Assembly (NCBI GenBank): GCA_039030935.1
Contig: JBCCDF010000001.1
Coordinates: 1 to 48,183 of the forward strand
Source of the DNA: Pseudomonadota bacterium
Lineage (GTDB): Bacteria > Pseudomonadota > Alphaproteobacteria > Caulobacterales > Hyphomonadaceae
Reading direction: 5' to 3'
DNA length: 48,183 nt
The position numbers and the translations under genes were made by a program. Of the stretch, positions 27,037-37,574 are shown one piece after another; position 1 is the first letter of the stretch; every line of letters begins with the position of its first letter. Below the pieces are notes generated by a model that was not told the origin of the DNA, did not search any database, and saw nothing but the letters and a program-made list of their open reading frames with translations.

Positions 27037-27954
27037 ATGACCGTCATCGCTCACTACAAACACGTTCCGGCCGAGGCGCGTGGCTTCTCTGTCGCGCTGG
27101 GAAACTTTGACGGTGTGCATGCGGGTCATAGAGCTGTGATTGAAGCCGCAGCCAAAATCGACGCGCCTCTAGGCGTGGCAACCTTTGAGCCGCCCCCGCG
27201 GGCTTTCTTTCGCCCGGATGATCCGCCTTTCAGGCTGTACCGTCCATCGCGTCGCAATCAGCGCCTCGCCGACCTCGGTGCAAAAGCGGTTTTCGAACTC
27301 CCCTTCAATGCTGACATGGCGAAAATGACGGATGAGATTTTCGCGCGCGACGTTCTGAAAGACGGAATTGGGGCCAAGCATATTACCGTTGGCTTCGACT
27401 TCCGCTTCGGTCGCGGGCGCATGGGCGATGCACCAAGGCTCGCCTCGCTCGGGCGCGCGCTCGGTTTCGGTGTCACGATTGTTGAGAAAATTGAAGCTTT
27501 AGGCGCGAAAGCGTCCTCGACGGCGATCCGTGAAGCGCTCATCGCGGGTGAACCGGAAAAGGCGGCTGACATCCTGGGTCATCCCTGGGTCGCCGATGGT
27601 ATTGTCGAACATGGCGAGAAGCGCGGCCGCACAATCGGCTTTCCAACGGTGAATCTGCACCTTGGCGATCTTATTCACCCAAAGCATGGCGTGTATGCCG
27701 TAAAGGTGCGGATCGAAGGCGAGGATCAATGGCACGGCGGCGTTGCAAACTTCGGTCGCACGCCGACGACAGGCCTGCGCGATCCTCTTTTAGAAACCTT
27801 CATTTTCGATTTTGATCGCGATGTTTATGGCAAAAACATCGAGGTCGCGCTGATCTCTTTCCTTAGACCTGAGCTCAAATTTGAGAGCGTTGATGAGATG
27901 CTCACACAAATGAAAATTGATGCAGACAAGGCTTTGAAAACCTTGGCCGGGTGA
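27037..27954 (+). CDS. ribF: Bifunctional riboflavin kinase / FAD synthetase
   Basis: GNFDGVHAGH, GFDFRFG, SSTAIR, GRTIGFPT.N, GVYAV and LRPE.KF motifs. Confidence 0.96.
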   Translation: MTVIAHYKHVPAEARGFSVALGNFDGVHAGHRAVIEAAAKIDAPLGVATFEPPPRAFFRPDDPPFRLYRPSRRNQRLADLGAKAVFELPFNADMAKMTDEIFARDVLKDGIGAKHITVGFDFRFGRGRMGDAPRLASLGRALGFGVTIVEKIEALGAKASSTAIREALIAGEPEKAADILGHPWVADGIVEHGEKRGRTIGFPTVNLHLGDLIHPKHGVYAVKVRIEGEDQWHGGVANFGRTPTTGLRDPLLETFIFDFDRDVYGKNIEVALISFLRPELKFESVDEMLTQMKIDADKALKTLAG

Positions 27955-27985
27955 CAAGTCCAGCGAGCCTTGCTAAGCGGCGGTT

Positions 27986-28042
27986 ATGACATGTTTAGCC
28001 GCCATATTCGCAATACGAATTAGCGGCCCGGTCGTTCGCTGA
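27986..28042 (+). CDS. Putative ileS leader peptide MTCLAAIFAIRISGPVVR (18 aa, leaderless uORF)
   Basis: ATG ACA TGT TTA GCC GCC ATA TTC GCA ATA CGA ATT AGC GGC CCG GTC GTT CGC TGA, with three Ile codons. The ATG sits at the predicted TSS of GTGACA-17-TAAGCG. Confidence 0.55.
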   Translation: MTCLAAIFAIRISGPVVR

Positions 28043-28123
28043 TCTTCGTATGCGGGGGCAGCTTGCGGCCGGGCGATTTAACTTTATGCCCTGACATTCA
28101 ATGCTGATATAAAGACCGCGACG

Positions 28124-31069
28124 ATGGCCGATACTGAACCCAAACCAAAAAAGTCTGAGAACCCCTACAAAGACACACTCTTCCTGCCCAAGACCGACTT
28201 TCCGATGCGCGGAGGCCTACCCAAGGCTGAACCGAAATGGATCGAAAAGTGGGATGGCATGAAGCTTTATGAGCGCCTGCGCGAAGATGCTAAGGCGCGC
28301 GGCGCTGAGCCGTTTATCCTGCATGATGGCCCGCCTTACGCGAACGGGCCGATCCATCTTGGCACGGCGATGAACAAGATCCTGAAAGACATGGTCGTGC
28401 GCAGCCACCAGATGACCGGGTTTGATGCAAGCTATCTGCCCGGATGGGACTGTCACGGCCTGCCGATTGAGTGGAAGGTTGAAGAACAGTTCCGCTCCAA
28501 AGGGCGCACCAAAGACGACGTGCCGGGCGACGAGTTCCGCCGCGCTTGCCGTGAGTATGCGGCTGAATGGATTGAGGTGCAGAAAGAAGGCTTCCGACGC
28601 TGCGGGGTGGAGGGCGAGTGGGATGACCCGTACCTCACAATGAACTATGCCTCAGAGGCGGCGACTGTTCGCGAATTCCTGAACGTCGCCATGGGCGGGC
28701 GGCTCGTGCGCGGCGCAAAGCCTGTGATGTGGTCTCCGGTCGAGCGCACAGCATTGGCGGAAGCGGAAGTGGAATATCACGACCGCAAAGTGCCGACGAT
28801 CTGGGTGAAGTTTCCTGTGCGCGGTGAAGAATATCGCGTTCTAATTTGGACAACGACGCCTTGGACCATCCCGGTCAATCAGGCCGTCAGCTATAGCCCG
28901 ACGATCAGTTATGGCTTGTATGAAGTTGTACAAGTGATGAGCGAAGAAGAGCTTGGCTTTGCACCATATGCCGCTGTGGGTGACAAACTCGTCTTCGCTG
29001 ACGCTCTAGCGGACACCATCCAGAATGCGGCCAAGATCACTGAGATGAAGCGGATCGACGACGCCGATCCATCAGGTTGGACGCTTGATCATCCTTTGGC
29101 AGGGACCGATACATTTTGGCAGCACGACATCCCTATGCTGGCGGGCGATCACGTCACCGATGATGCCGGGACAGGCTTCGTCCACACCGCGCCCGCCCAT
29201 GGTGAGGATGACTACAATGTCTTCATCGCATCTGGTCGTCAGTCGTCTGAGGTTCGCCAGATCGTCGATGCCGATGGCTGCTACACGGATGAGGTTCCTG
29301 AACCTCTGGCAGGTCTCGATATCATCCGCACCAGTGGCAAGAAACGTGGCCAGCCGGGCAAAGCCAATGATGCGGTCATCAAACTGCTCGCTGAGAGCGG
29401 AAATCTGCTCGCGCGCGGTGTTGCCATGATCCGCGATGCGCATAGCTGGCGCTCAAAAGCACCTGTGATCCGTCGCGCGACGCCGCAATGGTTCATTGCC
29501 ATGGACAGTCTCGGCAACGACGGAAAGACGTTGCGAGAGATGGCAGTGAAGGGCATTGAAGAAACCAACTTCGTGCCCCCACAGGGCCGTAACCGCATCA
29601 ATGCGATGGTAGCAGACCGCCCTGATTGGCTGATCTCTCGCCAACGCAATTGGGGCGTGCCGATCACATTGCTTGTTTCGCCTGATGGGCGACCGCACAC
29701 CGAGGCCTTATCTGAAGCTGATGCGAGCGAGGTCAACGCCCGCATCCTCGCAGCGATTGAAGCCGAAGGTGTTGAGGCCTGGTTCAGTGCAGATGAGACG
29801 ACTTTCCTCAAAGGCATCGTCGATAACGCTGATGAGTGGACCAAAGTGAATGACGTCCTCGACGTTTGGTTCGATAGCGGCACAACGCACGCTTTTGCTT
29901 TGCGTGACCGCGGCATCATCGATGAGGCAACAGGCCAGGCAGACGTTTATCTCGAAGGCTCAGACCAGCATCGTGGCTGGTTCCAATCCTCGCTTCTCGA
30001 AAACTGCGCAACGCGGGGCTTCGCGCCTTACAAGCAAGTCGTAACCCACGGCATGATCGTGGACGGCGAAGGCAAGAAAATGTCCAAGTCAATCGGGAAT
30101 ACAATTGATCCGAAAGACTTCGGCAATCAAAATGGAATCGAGATTCTGCGCATCTGGACGGCGAGTTCAGACTACACAGAAGACCTCCGAATTTCTGACG
30201 AGATCATCAAAGGGGTGGCGGAGACCTATCGTCGTCTGCGCAACACGCTGCGTTATCTGCTGGGCGGTTTGGAAGGCTATCAAGAGACCGAAGCGGTTGA
30301 ACTGAGCGATATGCCGAGCCTTGAGCGATGGGTCCTGCACCGTTTGGCCGAGATCGATGTGGAAGTCCGCGCCGCTTACAAAGCGTTCGACTTCAAGAAG
30401 GTGATGGCTCAACTCGTCAATTTCTGCTCGGTTGACCTGTCCGCGGTCTATTTCGATATCCGCAAAGACAGTTTGTACTGCGACGCGCCAAGTTCACCGC
30501 GCCGCCGCGCGAATCGGACCGTGATGGCAGCGATCTTGGAGCGTTTGCTCTGTTGGCTCGCACCTGTCATGCCATTCACGACCGAGGAGGCGTTCCTGAT
30601 CAGCATCTTGGCTGACCGCGCCGATAGCGTGCATCTCCTCCAATTCCCTGACACACCGCGCGAATGGAGCGATCAGGCTTTGGCTGAGCGTTGGGAGACC
30701 ATTTTCCGCGTCCGCCGTGTTGTGACAGGGGCAATTGAAGTTGAGCGGCGCGAAAAGCGGATCCGCTCTTCGCTTGAGGCCGCCCCCCAAGTCTTCATCC
30801 GCGATCAGGCTCTGCTCAAGGTGTTCGAGGGAGAGAGCGCTGAAGACATCTTTATCACCTCACAGGCCACGCTAAGCGTCGGAGACGGTCCAGATAACGC
30901 GTTCCGTTTGCCAGAAGAGCCCGATGTGGCTGTTCTTCCGGGTGAGGCGAGCGGGATCAAGTGCGCACGAAGCTGGAAATATTTTGACCCCGCCACGGCC
31001 GATCCTGAATTTCCGGACGTCACAGCGCGTGACGCGGCTGCGATCCGAGAAGTGAGACACGCCGGATGA
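28124..31069 (+). CDS. ileS: Isoleucine--tRNA ligase
   Basis: [61 protein letters not shown] and KMSKS motifs. Confidence 0.98.
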   Translation: MADTEPKPKKSENPYKDTLFLPKTDFPMRGGLPKAEPKWIEKWDGMKLYERLREDAKARGAEPFILHDGPPYANGPIHLGTAMNKILKDMVVRSHQMTGFDASYLPGWDCHGLPIEWKVEEQFRSKGRTKDDVPGDEFRRACREYAAEWIEVQKEGFRRCGVEGEWDDPYLTMNYASEAATVREFLNVAMGGRLVRGAKPVMWSPVERTALAEAEVEYHDRKVPTIWVKFPVRGEEYRVLIWTTTPWTIPVNQAVSYSPTISYGLYEVVQVMSEEELGFAPYAAVGDKLVFADALADTIQNAAKITEMKRIDDADPSGWTLDHPLAGTDTFWQHDIPMLAGDHVTDDAGTGFVHTAPAHGEDDYNVFIASGRQSSEVRQIVDADGCYTDEVPEPLAGLDIIRTSGKKRGQPGKANDAVIKLLAESGNLLARGVAMIRDAHSWRSKAPVIRRATPQWFIAMDSLGNDGKTLREMAVKGIEETNFVPPQGRNRINAMVADRPDWLISRQRNWGVPITLLVSPDGRPHTEALSEADASEVNARILAAIEAEGVEAWFSADETTFLKGIVDNADEWTKVNDVLDVWFDSGTTHAFALRDRGIIDEATGQADVYLEGSDQHRGWFQSSLLENCATRGFAPYKQVVTHGMIVDGEGKKMSKSIGNTIDPKDFGNQNGIEILRIWTASSDYTEDLRISDEIIKGVAETYRRLRNTLRYLLGGLEGYQETEAVELSDMPSLERWVLHRLAEIDVEVRAAYKAFDFKKVMAQLVNFCSVDLSAVYFDIRKDSLYCDAPSSPRRRANRTVMAAILERLLCWLAPVMPFTTEEAFLISILADRADSVHLLQFPDTPREWSDQALAERWETIFRVRRVVTGAIEVERREKRIRSSLEAAPQVFIRDQALLKVFEGESAEDIFITSQATLSVGDGPDNAFRLPEEPDVAVLPGEASGIKCARSWKYFDPATADPEFPDVTARDAAAIREVRHAG

Positions 31070-31689
31070 GCCAGCGTCTGCGCTATATCTTCCTCACTTT
31101 GATCCCGGTGATCATCATTCTTGATCAATGGACGAAGTATCTTGTTTTGAGCGAGCCGAGATTCAACGCACTCGGATGTCTTGATCGAACTCAGCGATGC
31201 GGTGGTTTCGAACTCTCTTCTGTGTTCGATCTCACAATGGTCTGGAATCGAGGGGTCAGCTTTGGGATTGGGCAGTCAGAAGGTCTAATGCGCTGGGTCT
31301 TGGTCGTATTTACCGCCGCAATTGCCCTTGGTTTCGCCGTTTGGTTACTAAAAGTGACCCGCAATTGGACCGGCTTTGCCCTCTCTTTGATCGTCGGTGG
31401 AGCCATCGGGAACGTGATCGACCGCGCGAGATTCGGTGCTGTCGTGGACTTTTTCGACTTCTCCGGCCCATGGTTCGGCTGGCAAATCCCACTACCCGAC
31501 ACTCTGAGATTTCTAGAGTACCCGTTCGCGGCGCCGCATCTTCGCGATGGTCTCTTAGGGGTGGGATTTCCCTACGTCTTTAATATCGCTGACGCGGCAA
31601 TTAGTGTGGGTGCCGTCTTGCTCTTTATTGACCAGTTCCTATTGTCGCAGGATCAAACCAAGACGGGGTCTGGTGGCAAGGACGAATAG
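31066..31689 (+). CDS. lspA: Lipoprotein signal peptidase (signal peptidase II)
   Basis: DQWTK, N.GVSFG, GGAIGN.IDR...GAVVDF and VFNIAD motifs. Canonical ileS-lspA order. Confidence 0.95.
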   Translation: MSQRLRYIFLTLIPVIIILDQWTKYLVLSEPRFNALGCLDRTQRCGGFELSSVFDLTMVWNRGVSFGIGQSEGLMRWVLVVFTAAIALGFAVWLLKVTRNWTGFALSLIVGGAIGNVIDRARFGAVVDFFDFSGPWFGWQIPLPDTLRFLEYPFAAPHLRDGLLGVGFPYVFNIADAAISVGAVLLFIDQFLLSQDQTKTGSGGKDE

Positions 31690-31701
31690 GTGAGGATACT
31701 C

Positions 31702-32187
31702 ATGAGAAAAACAGCTTTCATGGTGGTCGCAGGAGCGGCTTTGATTGTCACAACAGGCTGTGCCAGCAACCGAAATTCAAATCTGAGTGCACCGGACGAA
31801 TTCCGCGTTGTGACCAAAGCGCCACTGGTTATCCCGCCAGATTTCAATCTGCGCCCGCCGACGTCAGGGCAGGCTCTGCCAGCAGAAGTTTCTGGTGGAA
31901 CGGCAACCTCCAGCGTCGCGTTTGGAAGCCAGCTTGGCCAAAATGCAAGTGCCGGTGAGCGGGCTCTCGTCGCAGCGGCAAACGCAAATGCGGTAAACCC
32001 AATCGTTCGGACACAAGTGGACTTCGAAGAAGCCCGCGTCATCCGGAAGTCCGGGGGCATCTCGGACCGGATCATGTTCTGGCGCAATGATGATGGTAGC
32101 CAGGAAACGGGCGACTCCGCGACGGGGGGTGAGGGTGTCACGATAGAGCGCGGATCGGGTGATCGCCTAAAACTGCCTGGGACATAA
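31702..32187 (+). CDS. DUF3035 family lipoprotein
   Basis: Lipobox TTG-C; APDEF.VVTKAPLVIPPDFNLRPP signature; usual position after lspA in alphaproteobacteria. Confidence 0.85.
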   Translation: MRKTAFMVVAGAALIVTTGCASNRNSNLSAPDEFRVVTKAPLVIPPDFNLRPPTSGQALPAEVSGGTATSSVAFGSQLGQNASAGERALVAAANANAVNPIVRTQVDFEEARVIRKSGGISDRIMFWRNDDGSQETGDSATGGEGVTIERGSGDRLKLPGT

Positions 32188-32235
32188 ACTACGCAGCCTT
32201 TATACCGTATCGAGTTTAATTGAGGAGTGATGATA

Positions 32236-33603
32236 ATGATCAGAACTTTGGTAACGAGCCTCGCAGTGGGGACGCTGATACTAAGTGGCTCTTCGCTGGC
32301 TGATAATGCCCCTGAGACGGACTGGGCGCCGAGCCAGTTCCAACTGGACAATGGTATGGATGTCGTTGTCATCCCGGATTATCGGGCGCCGGTCGTCACG
32401 CATATGGTCTGGTACCGCGTTGGGGCCGCCGATGAAGAGCCCGGTAAATCGGGCATCGCGCACTTCTTCGAACATCTCATGTTTAAAGCGACTGATGATA
32501 TCGCAGATGGCGAACTCGACGCGATTATTCAGCGCCGTGGCGGACGCCTAAATGCGTTCACGAGCTGGGACTACACCGCCTATTATGAGCGCGTCGCTAA
32601 ACAGCACCTCAGCAAAATGATGGAGCTAGAAGCCGAGCGTATGACGGATCTTATCGTTGACGAGACGCCTGGCGGAAGCTTCTTTACAGAGCGCGATGTT
32701 GTCATTGAGGAGCGTCGCCAAGTTCTCGAAAGCTCACCGAGCCGCGTTTTGAGTGAGATGGTCCTCGGCTCATTTTGGAAGGATCACCCTTACGAAATAA
32801 CGATCCTTGGGCATATGGAAGAGATTGAGCAGCTTTCACCGCCGGATGCTGTCGAGTTTTATCAGCGCCACTATTCTCCAGAAAATGCAATCCTGATCGT
32901 TGCCGGTGACGTGACGACTGAGGAAGTCCGTGTCCTTGCAGAAGAGCATTACGGCAAAATCCAACCCTCTGGCCTAGTCGATGACGAGCGCAAGTGGCGC
33001 TCCGTTGAGCCGATTAGCGAAACCCAGCTCATCACACACAGTGATCCGAAAGTCCGCCAGCCTGTCTGGTATCGCTATTACAATGGCACAAGTTTGAAGC
33101 GTGACCGTGAGTTTGCAATGGCCCTAGATGTCGGTCTCGACGTTCTCGGTGGTGGTAATACTAGTTTGCTCTACCAGTCTCTGGTTGAGGACAAAAAGCT
33201 TGCAATCGACGCTGGAACGTTTGCTTGGCTGAGCCTGCATGATGAAGGCCCAGCCGCCGTCTACGCCACCCCATCGCCGGGGGTCAGCTTGGATGAGTTG
33301 GAAGAGGTCGTGATGAGCGAACTCTATCGGCTTATCGAAGAGGGTTTTGACGAGGCTGATGTGAAACGTGTCCGCAACTCTAAAGCAGCCAGCGCGATTT
33401 ATGCGCGCGACAGTCAGGAAGGGATGGCGAACCAATTCGGACGATGGCTGGTCATTGGTGGAACTGTAGACCAACTCATATCTTATCCGGATGATATTCG
33501 CAGCGTGACAAGCGAAGACGCCTTGGCCGCGGTTCGTGAAGTTTTCGCGCAAGAGCTAAATTATATAGAGGCGCATTTGCTGCCTGAAGATGGGGAGCAA
33601 TAA
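32236..33603 (+). CDS. M16 family zinc peptidase, catalytic subunit
   Basis: Signal peptide, HFFEH (HxxEH), NAFTS.D.T.Y, E..RM and EERR motifs. Start taken as ATG at 32236 after GAGGAG. Confidence 0.92.
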   Translation: MIRTLVTSLAVGTLILSGSSLADNAPETDWAPSQFQLDNGMDVVVIPDYRAPVVTHMVWYRVGAADEEPGKSGIAHFFEHLMFKATDDIADGELDAIIQRRGGRLNAFTSWDYTAYYERVAKQHLSKMMELEAERMTDLIVDETPGGSFFTERDVVIEERRQVLESSPSRVLSEMVLGSFWKDHPYEITILGHMEEIEQLSPPDAVEFYQRHYSPENAILIVAGDVTTEEVRVLAEEHYGKIQPSGLVDDERKWRSVEPISETQLITHSDPKVRQPVWYRYYNGTSLKRDREFAMALDVGLDVLGGGNTSLLYQSLVEDKKLAIDAGTFAWLSLHDEGPAAVYATPSPGVSLDELEEVVMSELYRLIEEGFDEADVKRVRNSKAASAIYARDSQEGMANQFGRWLVIGGTVDQLISYPDDIRSVTSEDALAAVREVFAQELNYIEAHLLPEDGEQ

Positions 33604-33606
33604 ATC

Positions 33607-34983
33607 ATGCGTCGTACAGTTTTCAGCAGTCTTGCAGTTCTCTCATTGGTCGCGTGCGGATCTCAATCGACCACGCCGTCCGATGGTGAAACCGCGTCGG
33701 AAGCTGGCCTTCAAGTTGAAACTTACGAAGGTGAGTTTGCAACAATCCAACAGTTCACAACGCCCGCGGGGATTTCCGTCTGGCTCGTTGAAGAACCGTC
33801 CATTCCGATCTTGTCCTTGCGCATGGCATGGGAAGTTGGAACAACGTCTGACCCTGAAGGCCAAGAAGGTCTGACCAGCGCTATGGTCTATCAAATGAAT
33901 GAAGGCGCCGGCGAGCTCGACAGCCAAGCGTTTTCTAAGCGCATGGAAGAACTCAATATGAGTTTTGGCTGCAGTTCCGGGCGCGAAGCGACATTCTGCA
34001 ATGCCTCGATGCTCACCGAGAACGCTGGCGAAGCATTTGACTTGATCGCGCTTGCCTATGCAGAGCCACGCTTCGATGAAGGCCCTTGGGAGCGTTTCGT
34101 GCGTGAGCGTGAAGTCAGCTTGAAAACACGCGAGACAAATCCGCGCTATCTAGCGGGTGAGGCGCTTGAAGACGTGCTTTGGCCGGATCACCCCTTCGCG
34201 CGTGATTTCACTGCTGAGAGCCTTGCGGCGCTGTCTTCTGAAGCTGCAAAAGCCCATAAGGACAGCATCATGAGCCGACCCGGTATGATCGTGACGGCCG
34301 TTGGTGCAATCTCGCCTGAAGAGTTGGCTCCATTAATTGATGCGGCGGCTATGGGCCTGCCCGAAGAGGGCACTGAAGTCATCATTCCGCAAGTCACCTT
34401 AGGTGAACCCGCAACAGCTCCAATTCTGGTCGATTTGCCTCAACCGCAGAGCCTTGTGACCTTTACGGGTCCTGCTATGCGCCGCGATGACCCCGACTTC
34501 TACACCGGAGTGGTCGTGAACTATACGTTTGGCGGCGGTGGGTTTGAGAGCCGCTTGATGGAAGATCTAAGGGTCGGTCGCGGTTTGACCTATGGCATCT
34601 ACTCCAGCCTTAGCGCCGGTGAGTACGTTCAAACATGGTCTGGTGCTGGAAGCACAAACAATGAAAGCGTTGCCGAGTTCATCGATGGCATCAAAGAGAA
34701 TATGACACGCATGGTCGCCGAGGGCATGACTGAAGAAGAGCTTGCCGATGCCAAGTCTTATTTGACAGGCTCATATCCGCTATCTTTTGACTCAAATGCT
34801 AAGATTGCAGGCAATATGATGGGCCTGCGCTTAGACGACCTTCCGGTTGATTTCTGGGATAAACGAAATGCAATGGTCGAGGCTGTAACGCTGGACGACG
34901 TCAATCGCGTTGCAAGCGAGTATTTGAAGCCCGAGAATTTCACCTTCATCGCAGTCGGACAACCAGAAGGCCTTGATGGCTAA
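33607..34983 (+). CDS. M16 family peptidase, non-catalytic partner subunit (lipoprotein)
   Basis: Lipobox LVA-C; no HxxEH; Gly-rich GGGGFESRL and R..RGLTY motifs typical of the partner subunit. Confidence 0.88.
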   Translation: MRRTVFSSLAVLSLVACGSQSTTPSDGETASEAGLQVETYEGEFATIQQFTTPAGISVWLVEEPSIPILSLRMAWEVGTTSDPEGQEGLTSAMVYQMNEGAGELDSQAFSKRMEELNMSFGCSSGREATFCNASMLTENAGEAFDLIALAYAEPRFDEGPWERFVREREVSLKTRETNPRYLAGEALEDVLWPDHPFARDFTAESLAALSSEAAKAHKDSIMSRPGMIVTAVGAISPEELAPLIDAAAMGLPEEGTEVIIPQVTLGEPATAPILVDLPQPQSLVTFTGPAMRRDDPDFYTGVVVNYTFGGGGFESRLMEDLRVGRGLTYGIYSSLSAGEYVQTWSGAGSTNNESVAEFIDGIKENMTRMVAEGMTEEELADAKSYLTGSYPLSFDSNAKIAGNMMGLRLDDLPVDFWDKRNAMVEAVTLDDVNRVASEYLKPENFTFIAVGQPEGLDG

Positions 34984-35043
34984 CGCTAAAGGCAACGCCA
35001 GAAGTCTATGACGTAAATAAACCTTTCAGCTTCATCCCAATAA

Positions 35044-35072
35044 AAAAGAGCGGTCACATGGACCGCTCTTTT
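35044..35072. terminator. Bidirectional Rho-independent terminator
   Basis: AAAAGAGCGGTC-ACATG-GACCGCTCTTTT between convergent genes. Confidence 0.88.
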
Positions 35073-35100
35073 GTCACTATGTCGAGTAGTGAACTTGCCT

Positions 35101-35877
35101 TTAGGAGGCAAACTTGAAACGCGCACCGACGGAGAAAATGTTTTGTTGGTTTTCAATGTCGAGTGTGCCGGGGAATAGGTCGTTGTCGACTTCAATGTCG
35201 TCAGTCGCGCGATATGCGTACTCACCAAACACATCGAGTGTCTCGCTGACTGCAAAAGATGCCCCAGCCTTCAATTGATAGGCAAACTTGGTCTCACCAT
35301 CGTCAATGATGCCAACCCCTGAAGGTGCATAAACAACGTCAACGTCTGAGAAGCCGAGACCACCGCCGACGTAGGGCGTGAAGGCTGTGCCGGTGTCAAA
35401 ATCGTAGTAGACGTTTGCGAAGAGAGACAGGTTTTCAATCTCGCCTTCGCCCGCGGATACCAAAGCGCCAACGGTGACATCGAGAGGATCGGGTGAACCT
35501 GCGAGTGCAGCCGCATCAACGTCATCGATACTGCCGCCACCAAGCGTTACACCGGTATGGGTATCAACGTCTGATCCAGTGTAAGCCAACTCACCGGCAA
35601 AACGCCAGTTGCCTAGAACTTGTTTGCCGACCTCAGCGCTGAGCGCCAAACCGCTGTCGAACTCCGTTTTCCAGCCATAGTCTGTACCTGCAGCAACATC
35701 GAGCGTTGAACCATCACCAAGGTTACCTGTCGTGAAAGTTCCTGTGCTACCGGAATTGTCTGAGTCTGATTGAACGTTGATCCCAATTGATCCGCTTGCA
35801 TACCAGCCATCAGCTGAAGCGGTTAAACCAAAAATGGACCCCGCAGCCACAAAAGCTGTCATTTTGATTAAAGACAT
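35101..35877 (-). CDS. Outer-membrane beta-barrel protein (OmpA-TM/porin-like, probably 8-stranded)
   Basis: Signal peptide, N.YYDF, PYVGGGLG, FAYQLKAG and terminal VGARFKF strand. Start ATG at 35877 after AGGAGG. Confidence 0.85.
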   Translation of the reverse strand: MSLIKMTAFVAAGSIFGLTASADGWYASGSIGINVQSDSDNSGSTGTFTTGNLGDGSTLDVAAGTDYGWKTEFDSGLALSAEVGKQVLGNWRFAGELAYTGSDVDTHTGVTLGGGSIDDVDAAALAGSPDPLDVTVGALVSAGEGEIENLSLFANVYYDFDTGTAFTPYVGGGLGFSDVDVVYAPSGVGIIDDGETKFAYQLKAGASFAVSETLDVFGEYAYRATDDIEVDNDLFPGTLDIENQQNIFSVGARFKFAS

Positions 35878-36047
35878 GAATGTCCTCCTATACTCACTTT
35901 GCGTCGGCACTAACCCCAATGGCTCGCCGTATAAAATGAATTAGTATTGTATATCGTAAAGGCAATAATAAATTATCGCATCTTGCTTTTACGAGCCGCT
36001 TCTGGTCTGTCGGCGCTTGATAAAATTGTTCTAATAGGGATTTGCCC

Positions 36048-37565
36048 ATGATGCCGAAACCGCGCGCAGATATAGCGCCCAACACACTTGATTTTGAAAT
36101 TCTTCCTTTGGTCAAACCGACCGGATTCAGGGAGTATGATGCGCGTTGGTGGTTCAATGGGATCGGGCATAAAACGCCGCCCGAACTCAATCTGACAGGT
36201 GTACAGGCCCTTGGCCTCGGAATGGCCACGCTGTTCCACGAGCTCGGTGTCGAACCAAAAGTCGTTACAGGCCATGACTTCCGCTCGATCAGTCAGCCGA
36301 TCAAAAACACATTAATTCTCGGATTGGTGCAAGGGGGCTGCGAGGTTTTGGATGTGGGTCTCGCCCTCAGCCCTATGGTCTATTGGAGCCAGTTCGAGCT
36401 GGATGCCGCGTGTTGTGCGATGGTCACTGCAAGCCACAACGAGAACGGTTGGACCGGTGTCAAAATGGGCGCAGATCGCCCTCTTACTTTTGGTCCCAAA
36501 GAAATGGGACGATTGAAAGAGATCGTGCTGTCCGGCGCTTTTCAGACCCGCTCTGGGGGCCATCATTCGCATGTTGATGGTATCCGTGAGCGCTATATCG
36601 CTTCGATTGCGGAGAGTGTTTCGATCAAGCGCCCTCTCAAAGTCATCGCAGCTTGTGGGAACGGTACTGCAGGCGCATTCGCCCCTGACGCTCTACGGAT
36701 GATGGGTGTTGAGGTTATTGAGATGGACTGCAATCTCGACATGACCTTCCCAAAATACAATCCCAATCCAGAAGATAAAAAAATGCTTGACGCCATGTCG
36801 TCGGCTGTGAGCGAGCTGGGTGCCGATATTGCGCTGGGTTTCGATGGCGATGGGGATCGCTGCGGTGTGATTGATAATACGGGCAAGGAAATTTACGCCG
36901 ATAAGATTGGACTAATGCTCGCCCGCGACCTTAGCCGCGAATATCCCGGCGCGAAATTTGTCGTCGATGTGAAATCAACGGGCCTTTATAAAACCGATCC
37001 TGTCTTGAAAGAGAATGGTTCGTCCGTTGACTACTTCAAAACGGGTCATTCCTACATCAAGCGCAGGACGACTGAGCTTGATGCGCTGGCTGGTTTTGAA
37101 AAGTCCGGACATTTCTTCTTCCGTCCGCCGATCGGCCTTGGCTATGATTGCGGGCTGACGGCTGCGAAAGCGATCCTTGAAATGCTGGATCGCAACCCTG
37201 ACAAGACGATGGCTGATCTCAAATCGGAGTTAGGAACCGCCTACACGTCGCTAACCATGTCTCCAAAGTGCGCTGATGAGATCAAATATGATGTCATTGA
37301 TCGGATGGTAACAGAGTATGAGGGGCTTCTCGATCAGGAAATCCTGGGGCGCAAAGTCGTCGATGTGAACACTGTGAATGGGGCGCGCGTAACGCTTGAA
37401 GATGGCTCTTGGTTGCTCGTCAGAGCGAGCTCAAACAAGCCTGAACTTGTGACAGTCGTGGAGTCTATGCGCAGTGCTGAGGACATGTCTGACCTCTTCC
37501 ACAAAGACGTGAAACCACGTCTTGCAAAACACCCAGAAGTTGGGGCTTACAATCAGGAAATCTAG
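36048..37565 (+). CDS. Phosphomannomutase/phosphoglucomutase
   Basis: FREYDAR, TASHN (phospho-Ser), FDGDGDR metal loop, GFEKSGH and VRASSN.P motifs. Confidence 0.94.
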   Translation: MMPKPRADIAPNTLDFEILPLVKPTGFREYDARWWFNGIGHKTPPELNLTGVQALGLGMATLFHELGVEPKVVTGHDFRSISQPIKNTLILGLVQGGCEVLDVGLALSPMVYWSQFELDAACCAMVTASHNENGWTGVKMGADRPLTFGPKEMGRLKEIVLSGAFQTRSGGHHSHVDGIRERYIASIAESVSIKRPLKVIAACGNGTAGAFAPDALRMMGVEVIEMDCNLDMTFPKYNPNPEDKKMLDAMSSAVSELGADIALGFDGDGDRCGVIDNTGKEIYADKIGLMLARDLSREYPGAKFVVDVKSTGLYKTDPVLKENGSSVDYFKTGHSYIKRRTTELDALAGFEKSGHFFFRPPIGLGYDCGLTAAKAILEMLDRNPDKTMADLKSELGTAYTSLTMSPKCADEIKYDVIDRMVTEYEGLLDQEILGRKVVDVNTVNGARVTLEDGSWLLVRASSNKPELVTVVESMRSAEDMSDLFHKDVKPRLAKHPEVGAYNQEI

Positions 37566-37574
37566 CGTCTTGCG

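Noticed and set aside
29281-29919. Long antisense ORFs, such as 212 aa opposite ileS and 216 aa opposite the ABC exporter
   Set aside because: Typical shadow ORFs opposite well-supported genes, with no motifs.
32236-34983. M16 peptidase lacking HxxEH as a novel pseudoenzyme
   Set aside because: Active plus inactive M16B heterodimer pairs are well established.
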